A DNA stretch of 64,000 nucleotides from Octopus sinensis (GCF_006345805.1 NC_043010.1:52576001-52640000), one strand, 5' to 3'; counted from the first letter of the stretch, positions 39,381 to 52,884 are shown. Program-made: numbers and translations. Notes: generated from the letters alone by a model not told the origin.

Positions 39381-39915
39381 ATAGGCACGAGCATGGCTGT
39401 GTGGTTAGAGAGCTTGCTTCCTAGCTACATGGTTTTGGGTTCAGTTCCACTGTGTGGCACTTTGGGCAGGTGTCTTCCGCTATAGCCCCGAGTCGACCGA
39501 AGCTTTGTGATTGAATTCGGTATGTCGAAGTTATTGCCGTGTGTGTATGTGTGCGTATAGCTTCTCAGTGCCTCTCTGAACGCGAGAGAGGGATATATAC
39601 ACATTTGTGTGTATATATGCATATATCTGTATGTACATAAATATGTTTCCGGGTGTGTACATATATATATATATATATGTGTGTGTGTGTATTTGTGTGA
39701 GTGTGTCTGTAAGTGTGTGTGTATATTGTGTATAGAAATAGTGTGATGAAGACAAACTAGCTGAAACTTCAAAGTCAGTCAACCTTTTCCTTGTAATGTA
39801 TTCAAAATGTATTGAGTAATCCTTTGGCTAAATGTTTAATTGTTTTTATATATTACGGAGATGTACTTGCATAGCACGTGACTTGATCTGAGATCGTATG
39901 CTGAAACAAAAACAA

Positions 39916-40158
39916 TTGCAGCGCAGAAGGTGTTTATAAGCCATTTAAGAAACACACAAAAACCGTTAGATTCACTTCAAGATTTAAATTTAATTTGTCA
40001 AAATATTTTCATTGCTTTGCAGCATGGAATTTTGTCAGTGAACAGGTTGTGGTCATAAAGCGATGAAAATATTTTGGCAAATTAAATTTAAATGTTGAAG
40101 TGAATCTAACGACTTTTGTGTGTTTTTAAATGGCTTATAAACATCTTTCACACTGCAA
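39916..40158. repeat. Foldback/MITE-like inverted repeat, ~100-bp arms
   Basis: tgtttataagccatttaa...gttagattcacttcaagatttaaatttaatttgtcaaaatattttc mirrored at 40056-40158. Confidence 0.85.
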
Positions 40159-40412
40159 GTGTTTTATATATAAATTGATATATAAGGAAAAACAAATATA
40201 TGTACATATATATATATATCATGATTGACCGTTGGCTCCCACACGCATTTTTTCCTCTCCTTGTATCTTTTCTGTGTATCTTTCTGTCGAAGAGCGTAGG
40301 CTCGAAACGTAAAAGACTTGTTCTACTTCTATTCCTGAGCGCCATACTAATGCATTTGCTTGTTTGTACTCCACCTGCTTTTGTCTTTTGTTTATTTTCG
40401 TAAACCTTCCCG

Positions 40413-40449
<37 letters not shown>

Positions 40450-40459
40450 ACAAGATGAG

Positions 40460-41120
40460 ATGAACAAGAATAATTTGGTGACAACTGGGAAGTCAGTTGA
40501 CAGCAGGGAAAGATGGCATGAAGGACCTGTTGGGCCAGCCACCTGACTTTTGAACTTTTTCCTTGTTATGAACAAGATGAAGCATATCCCCAGAGGATCT
40601 TGAGAGGTGGTTGAGGGGAGGATGAGATCCCTAACAGGATAGACTGATGGAATATGATTCACTAAATGGAAAAAGGACAACGAAGACTGTGGCAAAAGAT
40701 GCAAGAACTTTCGTGGCATGAAAGTGCATCAGGCTTGGGATGAAATGCCTGGAGAATGAGAATCAGGCACAATGTACAGGACCGTATCCTGGTGAGACAA
40801 AAAAGGGAACAAGGCTAGGACTTATCCTATAGTGCCAAGTCCTTCACTGTCCATGTATCCCTGATTCCATGCAAAGTGTTGCAGTAGATCGAACAGCCTG
40901 ACAAAAGTTAGCGGAAGAAAAAGAAAGGGCTAATAAATTCCATCACTGAAGCTGCAAAGAAAGCAACTAGATGGATTCGGATATAGAGATCTGTTGCAAC
41001 TGGAATGCATGCTGGGACCTGATCAACCCCAGCTGGGTCAATGGGGTGAGGGGGGTCTGATGTTGTAAGATGTGAAACATTCTGAGACACCCAAAAGCAT
41101 CACTGCCAACACATCCCACT
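40460..41120 (+). mobile_element. Internally deleted HERO-like (RLE non-LTR) retrotransposon relic
   Basis: N-terminal zinc-finger-like CGKRCKNFRGMKVHQ at 40688, and C-terminal ITEAAKKATRWIRI at 40942 followed by a gatcaaccccagctgggtca...ggtctgatgttgtaaga 3' UTR. These resemble HERO CGKxCKNxRGLKIHQ and ITEAAEKASRWLW (from recall). Confidence 0.65.
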
Positions 41121-41280
41121 AAATCTATCAAAGCTCTCTTATGTATACATATAAGATACATGTTATATATATAAGTATATATATATATATACATATATAT
41201 ATACTTGTGTGTGTATATATATGTATATATACTTGTATATAAAAGTGTTTATATATATATATATACTTGTATATAAAAGT

Positions 41281-41374
<94 letters not shown>

Positions 41375-41575
41375 TTATATACATATATGTGCATGTCTGT
41401 GTATGTTGTACGTCTGTATGTAAATATATATATTCATTTATGTTTATATGCATATATACATACACACTCACACACGCATATATAGTTAAGTTAAGTTAAT
41501 TTTTTGGCTCAAAAAGCAAAAGCAAGGCCATATATATATATATATAAAGATAGAGATACCTACAGAAAGAAAAAG

Positions 41576-41607
<32 letters not shown>

Positions 41608-41722
41608 TGAGAGAGTGAGAGATGCACATATCTGAGTATATTCATCATTAAAATTTCTAGTCAACAACAACAGCAACAAAGATGACAACATCTCTAAACA
41701 CTACTACAACTAGTGCTAATAC

Positions 41723-41776
<54 letters not shown>

Positions 41777-42089
41777 TAATAATAACAACAGTATAAATTT
41801 GGACTAAAATGATAAGGTAGATATGGAGTATCTAAGTAGAATCAAAACACAGATGATTCTAGAAGTGATAAATTCAGTTATCTTCACAGACATGTGTGGG
41901 CATACATCTGCACACACACACACATGACGGTTTTCTTTCAGTTTCAGTCTACCAAATTAATTCACAAAAATTTGGTAGGCCCGAGGCTATAGTAGAAGAC
42001 ACTCGCCCAAGGTGCCACACAGTTGTACTGAACCCAGAACCATGTGGTTGTGAAACAAGCTTCCTACAACACAGCCATACATGTATGTA

Positions 42090-42135
<46 letters not shown>

Positions 42136-42234
42136 ATATATAAAAATAACAATAGAGTAATAAGAAATTATTATTACCAGTGACTTAGCACAAAAACGAA
42201 TTAGTCATTAGACTATATATTATTCACATAGAAA

Positions 42235-42434
42235 TACAATAAGAGGCTTCCAAATAGGAAAGTCTTGTGCTAGAATATTTCTTTGTTGGAAATAGTTAGA
42301 AACCATGGTCTGGGAAATAATTGAGATGGTAAACGTTTTTAATTTTCATTCCTTTCGAGAATTTATCCTTATTTGGTGGTTTGAGTTTTCTACTGCTCTT
42401 TCTAGCACAAGGCTTTCCTATTTGGAAGCCTCCT

Positions 42435-42440
<6 letters not shown>
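42235..42440. mobile_element. TA-flanked MITE with 41-bp TIRs (Tc1/mariner type)
   Basis: tacaataagaggcttccaaataggaaagtcttgtgctagaa versus ttctagcacaaggctttcctatttggaagcctcctattgta (2 mismatches). Confidence 0.8.
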
Positions 42441-42483
<43 letters not shown>

Positions 42484-42628
42484 ATTAACATATATATATA
42501 CACATCCCACCTATCTAATTATACACATACATACCTACATACATATACACACACTTATATGTAAGTATGAATGCATTTGTGAAAATTTGTATGTGTATGC
42601 ATGTGTATCAGTAAATACATATCTGTAA

Positions 42629-42676
<48 letters not shown>

Positions 42677-43599
42677 GTATATATATATGTTAGGGAGTAT
42701 AACTCCAACTTACAGGGAAAAATTCAATTCAGTATTAAATCAAATTTCACAATATAAATATATGATATAAAGAACATGGCGAGTGTGAACACAGAAAAAA
42801 ATCTATTTATTTATATAATTGACAAATTCATGTTGCCTATGCACGTTTCAATTTCTCACCTTCATTCATATTTTACAATTGAAATTGCATTATGAATTTA
42901 AAAGGTAAAAATCTCTTCAGGGCAAAATTGATATATATTCATATATATCCTAAATGATGGTGAGTTCCTTACTGACTGAATAGCAATGTGTGTGTGTGAG
43001 AGAGAGAGAGCATGTGTGTATTTGGATTCCATTCTAAAAATAACTAGAGGTTAAAGTACGATCTCAGTGGACAATGGCTAGTTGCAATCCTGAAGAACTA
43101 GGTCATATTAATATTCACCCTTATTGGAATTTAGATCTGTTTTTTTTTAGAGGCTGGCTGCCACTGTTCTCCCTACTCACTTGTCAAAGGAATAAAAAAT
43201 AAAACTATATATATTAGTAAGTATCCAAATTAATATATTTATTTAACTTCTACTTATTTAATTGAGAGAATTCCAATTTTTATTACAAATCTGTAATTCT
43301 ATGCAACAAGTAAATACACATCTAAAGTCTGCCATTCCATTGTCCTTAAAGATGACAACCATGTGTTTATCTGTACTAAGCTTATCTTATTTTCACCTAC
43401 ACACTGGATATCATGCTGGACCACTGAAATCTACAAGTTTTCTTCACTGTCTCTCTGTTTATTTTCTCTTATTCCTTTTTGTTGAAGAGCGTAGGCTCGG
43501 AACGTAAAAGACCTTTCCATTTTACCAAGCATCAAACTAATACACTTTCTTGTTGTTTATACACCTGTCTTCGTCTTGTGTTTTTCTATAAATTTCAAC

Positions 43600-43642
<43 letters not shown>

Positions 43643-43777
43643 GCACTTCACACTCAGAGGCAAATGCATGTGAGTATATGTATATGTATGTATATATATA
43701 TGAAATCTTTGGTAGAGTGAACATAATAGATTTCAAAACATGACCATCTATCTATCTATCTATCTATCATCTGTGTG

Positions 43778-43830
<53 letters not shown>

Positions 43831-44095
43831 TATTATATTATTATTATTATTATTATTAATATTATTATTATTATTATATTATTATTATATTATTATTATT
43901 ATTATTATTAATATTCATAAGTTACGTAGGGATTCAAAGGTTAAGAGTTTCATGCCTCACACTTATCAAACACTTTCATTACTCTGACGCACAAAAACCA
44001 TCTGCTGATTAAAAGTTAAAAATAATACATATTCATACATACACATATACATACACACACACATATATATATATATATGTATGTATATATCTGTA

Positions 44096-44131
<36 letters not shown>

Positions 44132-44521
44132 TGTATGTATGTATGTATGTATGTATGTGTGTATGTAAGTATGTATGTATGCATGTATGTATGTATGTAT
44201 ATAAGTATGTACAACATAAAACACAGACACATATGAAATTTCAGCAATAATTTTGATATACATCCTTTTGCTTGAACGGTTATAGTGCGAGAAATTCATG
44301 CAGGTACCTAGATTTTCTCACGAGGGAGGTGATTGTCTCAAAGTGTGTAGGATGCATCCAAGAGGTTTCTCTAAGCATTGCATTACAAATTTGGGTATCT
44401 ACATATCTATATCTATCTACATAAATATACGTGTGTGAATGTACACATATATATATATACATATACATATATATGTATATGTATATGTATATATATATAT
44501 AATATATATATATATATATAG

Positions 44522-44559
<38 letters not shown>

Positions 44560-44786
44560 CATATATATATATGTATATATTACATATATATAATGTATAT
44601 ATATTATATATATACATACATAGAAACACACACACAGACAGGTATATGCTCTATATGTACATACACACACATGCTAACATGCATACACAAACATACACAT
44701 GCATACACATACATACATGTGTTGGTGCATCAATCTCTATAAAAAAATCTATGTATGCACATGTGTGTATGTATGTATGTGTGTAT

Positions 44787-44831
<45 letters not shown>

Positions 44832-44846
44832 TATATATACATATAC

Positions 44847-44895
<49 letters not shown>

Positions 44896-44900
<5 letters not shown>

Positions 44901-45113
44901 CGGTGTGCTGGAAATTCCTGGCTTTAAGGGTAATGCGAAAGACCGGGTTGGTGGTTCAACCTTCTGAGTGCTTTTACAAGGCTTAGATAAACTTAAGGAC
45001 CATTGCAATAAGTGTGTGAATCTGAGAGGGGAATATGTTGATTAAGATCATAATTAACTGATCCTCCTGTATTTTCTCTTATCCAAAGCCAGGAACTTTT
45101 CAGCACCCCATAT
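44896..45113 (+). mobile_element. Mariner-derived MITE, copy 2
   Basis: TIRs as at 5275-5495. The interior encodes GLDKLKDHCNKCVNLRGEYVD*, a mariner transposase extreme C-terminus. Confidence 0.8.
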
Positions 45114-45572
45114 TAAATATGTGTGTGTGTATGTATGTCTGCATGCATGTGTGTATGTGTATGTGTATGTGTGTGTGTATATAAATACATATGTGCATAT
45201 GACTGTGTGCATGACAGTATGTATGCTTATTTGTGTATGTGCATTTATGACGAAATGTTTTACGTATGTATATATGTCAATGTATCCATATATATATATA
45301 TGTGTGTGTGTTGGCAAGTCCAAATTACGCGTGCAAATGTGTATGTACAGAAAATACTCAGACTTCAAATGACACACTAAACCAACTAAATATACAAAGA
45401 AATAATATGAACGATAATAATAGTAAATAATAATAATAATAATAATGATAAGAAGAAGAAAATGAAATCAAAATAATAATAATAATAATAATAATAGTAA
45501 AAAAAAAACACAACGGAAACGCAAACTAAAGAGAAACTGTGCGCTGATGTGTGGATGTCAAAAAAAAAATAC

Positions 45573-45635
45573 CTCCGATGAGTCAAATATTTGCCGGTCA
45601 CATGACCTGACCCGTCACATCCTGGTATAGGGCAT
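45573..45635 (-). CDS. Myt1: Myt1-family exon (63 nt, phase 2-2): first part of a CCHHC zinc finger, [21 protein letters not shown](S)
   Basis: Minus strand reads ttttgtttgtag|A TGC CCT ATA CCA GGA TGT GAC GGG TCA GGT CAT GTG ACC GGC AAA TAT TTG ACT CAT CGG AG|gtattt. It matches the C-P-x-P-G-C-D-G-x-G-H-x-x-G-x-x-x-x-H-R-S motif of Myt1/NZF fingers and has canonical AG/GT ends. Confidence 0.93.
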
Positions 45636-46161
45636 CTACAAACAAAACGGTAGGTAGTAGCGTTAAGAGAAAAAAAAAAATTTTGTCACATCACGATAGT
45701 TTTCTTTCTTTTATATATGCATACATATATACATATGTGTGTGTATATATATTTATATATATGTGTGTATATATATATATGCATAAGTACATGTATCGAT
45801 GCATAAGTATAGTATGCATATATGTATATATATATATACACAAACATATCTATATATACATATATATATGTATTTATGCATGTATGCATATATTATGTAC
45901 TTACATACACACACATATATAAGTATATATAAATGCATATATATATATATTATATACATATATATATATACATGTGTGTACACACACACACACACACACA
46001 TATATATATGGATGTGTGTGTATATTTATATATATGCATGTGCATGCATATGTATTCTGTAATTTTAAATGTTTTTCAATTTTATACATACATATATATA
46101 TATATATATGAATAATCATGCACTATGCATATGCATACATATATATATGTGTGTATACATA

Positions 46162-46198
<37 letters not shown>

Positions 46199-46492
46199 AT
46201 ATATTTATATATATATATGCATACATATACACACATATATATGTGTATATATACATATACATGTATACATACATACATGCATATATATAAATATATATTT
46301 ACAGAAACTATTGCTCACTCCGTACCCTAAAACCTCTCTGCTGTTTCACAGGAAATGAAATATACAATATTTTAAAATATATATATTTAATAAATTTTTC
46401 AGGTGTGTGTATATCTGTGAATAAAGACTCTGTTTGAATATATATAGAATATATATATATATATATATTATATAGATATATATATATATATA

Positions 46493-46532
<40 letters not shown>

Positions 46533-46579
46533 TATATATACATACATACATACACACACACACACATATATATCATATA

Positions 46580-46630
<51 letters not shown>

Positions 46631-46825
46631 GCAGGCATGTGCACACTTACACACAAACACATATATGTATATATGAGGGCGTTTGTGTCTGTTTTGTTCA
46701 AAATTCCAAAATTATTATGTTTATGTATACATATATACAAATTTAATATATTTGTCCATATTTATGAGTGTGTTTGTGCATTCATGATATGCAGGCGTTT
46801 ATATGCCCAGATGTAAATGTATATA

Positions 46826-46862
<37 letters not shown>

Positions 46863-47121
46863 AAATGACACTAAATACATTATAGCAACTGTATATACAA
46901 AATTTAAATTCAGTGTTAAAAATAGTAGCATAGACAATACATGAAAATGCCATTTAATGTGTATGCGTGTATATATGCATGTATACATGTATTTATATAT
47001 GTATGTATATATACATGCATGCATCTATCTATCTGTCTGTCTGTCTATCTATCTATCTATCAATCTAACTGTCTATCTATGCTCACATTTATATACATGT
47101 ACATATATACATCGATGTATG

Positions 47122-47161
<40 letters not shown>

Positions 47162-47629
47162 ATATACATATGCACATATATACATACACACACACTTACA
47201 CATATAAACATACTATATTCCCATACCTGCATTACACATATGCTTTGTGCATACACACACATTATTATATACACACAGGTGTGTATGCATGCACATGTGT
47301 GTATGTGTGTGCATGAATCTGTGTGTGTGTGTGTGTTTACATGAATGTGTCTGTGTATGCATGCATATATGTGTGTATGCATATGCTCTTATATAAAATA
47401 CAAACCAAAGCAGTGTTTAAACCATTCCTTTTTAACCTGCCTTCTCAATAGCATTGCTATTGCTAAACTGACATATTTCTGCTCTCTTTCTCTCTCTCTC
47501 ACACACACATAAATAAAGGCATCCACCATCATATTAAAATACCCAATCATACACCCACTAACACAGTCATTATATGCAAATGCAGCTAATTCCATTTAAC
47601 AACAACAAAAATATTGATATTAGTACTCC

Positions 47630-48790
47630 AGAAGGTGGCGAGCTGGCAGAAATGTTAGCACACTGGGCGAAATGCTTAGTGGTATTTTGTCTGCCTTTAC
47701 GTTCTGAGTTCAAGTTCTGCCGAGGTCAACTTTGCTTTTCATCATTTCAGGGTCAATAACTTAAGTACCAGTTGCATACTACGGTTGACTAGCTCTTCTG
47801 CCCAAAATTTCAGGCCTTGTGCCTAGAGTAGAAAACGATATTAGTACCCCAGAGTGTGGCGAGCTGGCAGAATTATTAGCATACCGGGCTAACTGCCTAG
47901 TGGTATTTTGTCTGCCGTTATGTTCTGAGTTCAAATTCAGCTGAGGTCGAATTTACCTTTCATCTTTTTGGGGTTGATAAATTAAGTATCAGTTAAGCAC
48001 TGGGGTCGATGTAATCGACTTAATCCATTTTTCCGTCCTTGTTTGTCCCCTTGTGGGCAATAAAGACATTGACAATAGTACTCCAGTAAGGTGGTAGGTT
48101 AGCAGAATAGTTAGCATAAAGGACAATATGCTTAGTGATAGTTTGTCTTTACACTCAAGCCTCCAATGCTCCTGAGGTCAACTTTGCCTTCCATCCTTTC
48201 ACAGTCAATAAAATATGTACAAGTCAAATACTGAGGTTAATGTATTCGACTTACCCCAAATCCCAAAATTGCTGGCCTTGTGCCAAAATTTGGAGCCGAT
48301 ATTAGTATCGGTAGTTACCCACTAGAAGCACTAAAGGAGTTATTGCTGGTATTTTTGGGTTATCCTTGGATCAAAGCCTGATCTGGCAGACCAATAATTA
48401 TAGACATTCCATCCTTGAAGACCCTGCATTTTGTTTTCACATTATCTATTTACAGTAATATTATCTAATGTGTTCTTCCATATTCAAGACATCAGGTGGT
48501 GACTTGCAAAAAATTTTACTCCTATTTCTAGCATCTTAACCTCTCACATAGGGGTTTACTAATAGGCCATAATGAGGGCTTAAAATTTTGACACAAGGCC
48601 AGCAATTTTAGGGGCTGGGTGTAAGTTGATTATATTGACCTCAGTGTTCAACTGGTGCTGATATTATCGACCTCAAAATGATGAAGGACAAAGTTAATCT
48701 TGGTAGGATTTGAGCTCAGAATGTCTGAAGAAATGTTGCTCAGCATTTTGTCCAATGTACTAATGATTCTGCCAGATTGCCACTAATTAC
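47630..48790 (+). mobile_element. Cluster of family B SINEs; three head-to-tail plus-strand copies and one reversed copy at ~48590-48785
   Basis: Repeated ggcgagctggcagaa...gttctgagttcaa...gaggtc blocks at ~47635, 47858 and 48090. Confidence 0.7.
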
Positions 48791-49259
48791 AAGGGCCCAA
48801 TAATGATAATGTTGTTTATTGACCCCAGGATACTCCATGATGAAAACAACCAGGGGTCTTCCTGACATGACCTGTCATAGTAACATTAGGACTCTATTGT
48901 TCAATGTATCTTCTATCAAACTTCTTTATACCCATGACAGAGATTTCCAGAATATTCTGCGATCTACAGCCATTGCATGATGGGGCAAGTGAGAAGTCAC
49001 AATTAGGGGGCAGATTCTGGAGGACTCAAAATTATCTTTAACCTATTATGACTGTTGATTGTGGTGGAGGATTGTGAGGGCACAGGCAAACTAAAGAATA
49101 GACCTAGTGTTTCCTGTGACTTATAAAAGGTGAGTAAATTAAGATGAAGTGGGAGTCTCTCTACTGGGTGTTATAGAGTTTTTAACAGTATGTATGTACA
49201 TATGTGTGTGTGTCAGTGTATGCATGTGTGTAGTCTGCAGAAAATTCACCTCACCCCGA

Positions 49260-49301
<42 letters not shown>

Positions 49302-49319
49302 GAGGAAAGGTGATCAAGT

Positions 49320-50151
49320 AATTATAGGTGTAAGACATACTTTTAGGTGATATGTTACATATTTTTACGGAATGTAAACTAATCTTTACAGCTGTTTCAA
49401 ATGTTGAATGATTTGTTAGTGTTATAATGCATATCATGCAAGGCAACATTACTCAATAACATATAAGGAAACATGATATCAAGACAACGAATCTTAATAT
49501 ATGAGTGATTTCATGTGACAAACACAGAACATTCTCTTCAGAAGGGTAATGAGAAATAAGATAACATGGGAAACAATAAATAAAGGATAGGTTCTTTTTC
49601 CTTTCAATATCTTGCTCTCTATACAGTTTATCATTACCTCTCCTACTACACCTTCAAACCATTTTCGTCCTTTTTCTCCTTCCGTATTTTTGTTCCAATT
49701 TCCTCTACTCCATTTCACTCTTTGTCTAGCAAACATATTTACTTTTCCCTGCCTTGTATTTTCTCTCTTTTCCCCTCTCCTTCTATATATCTCCCACAAT
49801 AATCTTCCCTGTACACATTGTATCACTATTCATCTAATTTCTCAATTCCAATATTTATGAGAAATATTATCTATCCTTCTATATTTACCATTACACTTCT
49901 GCAGAGAATGTTCCATATTTTTGTCACATGAAGAGGTACCCATACATTAAAATTCAAGTGTGTTTATAATATGATTGCTTATATACTTTTGAGTATTACT
50001 GTTCCATAACGTACAACTTGTACATCTATTTACGTAATATGCATCACAATTTCAATCATTCACCACGTATTTGAAACAGCTGTAAAGATCTATTTACATC
50101 CCGTGAATGCAAGTAAAATCTCATATAAATGTATGCCTTACACCTATAATT
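49320..50151. repeat. Old foldback element: ~225-255 bp imperfect inverted arms around a ~350 bp pyrimidine-rich spacer
   Basis: Three paired anchors: 49320-49340/50131-50151, 49382-49402/50069-50089 and 49511-49544/49896-49931. Confidence 0.75.
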
Positions 50152-50277
50152 GTTTTTTCCATTTTCCCTCTTTATCATCTGCTCAAATTTTGTGCAGCAT
50201 CTACTTCATCTGTTTCTGGATTTCTTTACTCTGATTAAGAATTTGGCGTTTAAGAATTCAATCTATCCAAACACTGT

Positions 50278-50662
50278 GGAGGCGCAATGGCCCAGTGGTT
50301 AGGGCAGCGGACTCGCGGTCATAGGATCGCGGTTTCGATTCCCAGACCGGGCGTTGTGAGTGTTTATTGAGCGAAAACACCTAAAGCTCCACGAGGCTCC
50401 GGCAGGGGATGGTGTGATCCCTGCTGTACTCTTCACCACACACTTCTTTCTCACTCTTACTTCCTGTTTCTGTTGTACCTGTATTTTCAAAGGGCCGGCC
50501 TTGTCACTCTCCTGTGTAAGCTGAATATCCCCGAGAACTACGTTAAGGGTACACGTGTCTGTGGAGTTGCTCAGCCACTTACACGTTAATTTCACGAGCA
50601 GGCTGTTCCGTTGATTCGGATCAACCGGAACCCTCGTCGTCGTAACCGAAGGAGTGCTTCCA
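50278..50662 (+). mobile_element. tRNA-derived SINE family C, full length
   Basis: GC-rich tRNA-like head ggaggcgcaatggcccagtggttagggcagcggactcgcggtcataggatcgcggtttcgattccc. Homologues on the minus strand at 56260-56612 and 59372-59730. Confidence 0.85.
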
Positions 50663-51618
50663 TTCCATCCAAACACTAATTCAGTGCTTATCTATTATTC
50701 TATACCTGCATCTGCATCTTCCCTTCACACCCACTAAATATATCTACACATGCACAGCCACACACAACCATCTACATACATGCATATATATGTAAGTATG
50801 TATGTATGTATGTATGTATGTCATTAAGCTTTCTCGTTGACTAAAGGGAAGTTGTGAAGTTTCCACAATGTAAGTGGTTTTTGCATAGATCAATCTGCAT
50901 TCCAATATTATACCATATTGTTGTAATGAAAACGAAAATAAATAAATAAATATAAGAAACAAAAAGTTAAATAAGAAACAAAAACAAAAGAAATTTAAAA
51001 ACACAAATGAAAGGAAATCCCCATAAACAGACTTTCGAAGCTTGGTCGTGTCCCAAACATCCCTTAATCTGATCCACATGCACACGCATGCATACACGCA
51101 TGTATGCATGCACACACACACACACACATGTATATATGTGTCTGTGTGCATGTTTATATATCCTTATCTTTTATCTTTTTACATGTTTCAGCCACTGGAC
51201 TGTGGCCATGCTGGGATACCACTTTGAATGGTTTTAGTGAAACGAATTGGCTCCAGTACTTTTAAAGCTTGGTAGTTACTCTATTAGCCATTTTTACTGA
51301 CCCACTAAGTTTCAAGGATGTAAACAACCTAACACCGGTTGCCAAGTGGTGGTAGGGGACACAAAGACACACACACACACACATATACATATATGATAGG
51401 CTTCTTTCAGTTACCATCTACCAAATTCACTCACAAGGCTTTTGTTGGCCCAGGACTATAGTAGAAAACATTTTCCCAAGGTGCCACACAGTGGGACTGA
51501 ACTCAGAACCATGTGGTTGGGTGTATATATAACAACGATGTGGTTGTTTGCTAAGAAATTGTCGAACCCTCATACATCATCTATCAACGGGTGAGTCCAT
51601 TATTGTATGTATGAATGT

Positions 51619-51670
<52 letters not shown>

Positions 51671-51749
51671 AATGTACACATATCTATGGACAAGTGTATA
51701 TTTGTATGTAGAGAGAGATATATAGATACGCACACATCTATGAATATAT

Positions 51750-51795
<46 letters not shown>

Positions 51796-51800
51796 TATAC

Positions 51801-51863
<63 letters not shown>

Positions 51864-51931
51864 TAATGTACTGATCTGTGATAGAAAATTCAACAAAAAA
51901 AGTACTCCGTCTGGTGAGAGATAAATATTAT

Positions 51932-52312
51932 TTATTTAAAGAACACAATACATGTATTAAAGTGCAACTAATATTTTCATGTGTTGAGTGAACTCAAATA
52001 TATTCTTGTATACATATAAATATATTCAAATATATTCTGAAGAATTGGAAAATTCTGCTTATTCCTGACTGATTTGATATCTTTCCAGCCTTATCATATC
52101 TTTTCAGCCTTATCATTTAAGGCCTAAGGAAGAAAATCCATTTTATTTTTTGACACTTTAGTTTCGTTTTCTGTTATTTTACTGTCTTCGTTTTTATATA
52201 TGCTGCCTTCTCAGCTTCATAGCGTTTCTACTATTTATTCAAGTTTTTAGTTTGTTATGATACACGGAACTATTAGTAGCACTTTAATACATGTAGTGTG
52301 ACCTTTAAATAA
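51932..52312. mobile_element. MITE-like element with ~42-bp imperfect TIRs
   Basis: ttatttaaagaacacaatacatgtattaaagtgcaactaata versus tattagtagcactttaatacatgtagtgtgacctttaaataa. Confidence 0.7.
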
Positions 52313-52335
52313 TAATAATAATATATACAGATATA

Positions 52336-52566
52336 TATTTCTTTACTACCCACAAGGGGCTAAACACAGAGGGGACAAACAAGGACAGACAAAGGGATTA
52401 GGTCGATTACACCAACCCCAGTGCGTAACTGGTACTTAATTTATCGACCCCGAAAGGATGAAAGGCAAAGTCGACCTTGGCGGAATTTGAACTCGGAACG
52501 TAATGACAGACAAAATACGGCTATGCATTTCGCCCGGTGTGCTAACGTTTCTGCCAGCTCGCTGCC
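52336..52566 (-). mobile_element. tRNA-derived SINE family B, well-preserved copy
   Basis: Reverse complement of 520-750. Similar copies at 55431-55647 and two in tandem at 35925-36347. Confidence 0.8.
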
Positions 52567-52884
52567 ATTATATATACAGATATAGATATACATACACAGC
52601 TGCCACACAGCACTCTCTCGCCTCTGAACCTTCTTAATTGCCACCCCTCACATACTCTTACCTTATCTCATCACCCACCTCCACTTCTGTCAATCAATCC
52701 CTCCCTCCCCTACCACCTGTTTCCATGTCACCATGCTCCTCTTCCTTGTACCATACTATGCATTCTGATCCTTTTGTTCTTCCCATTTCTCTCTCATCCC
52801 TCCTCCTTGGTCACCTACATGCTCTAATTTATTGAATATCTTCTATATATTTACTCTCCTATCACCAGATCTCCGACAACCATT

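Noticed and set aside
50278-50350. tRNA gene
   Set aside because: The tRNA-like head continues into a ~300-bp body shared by several copies and lacks a proper acceptor stem. It is a SINE.
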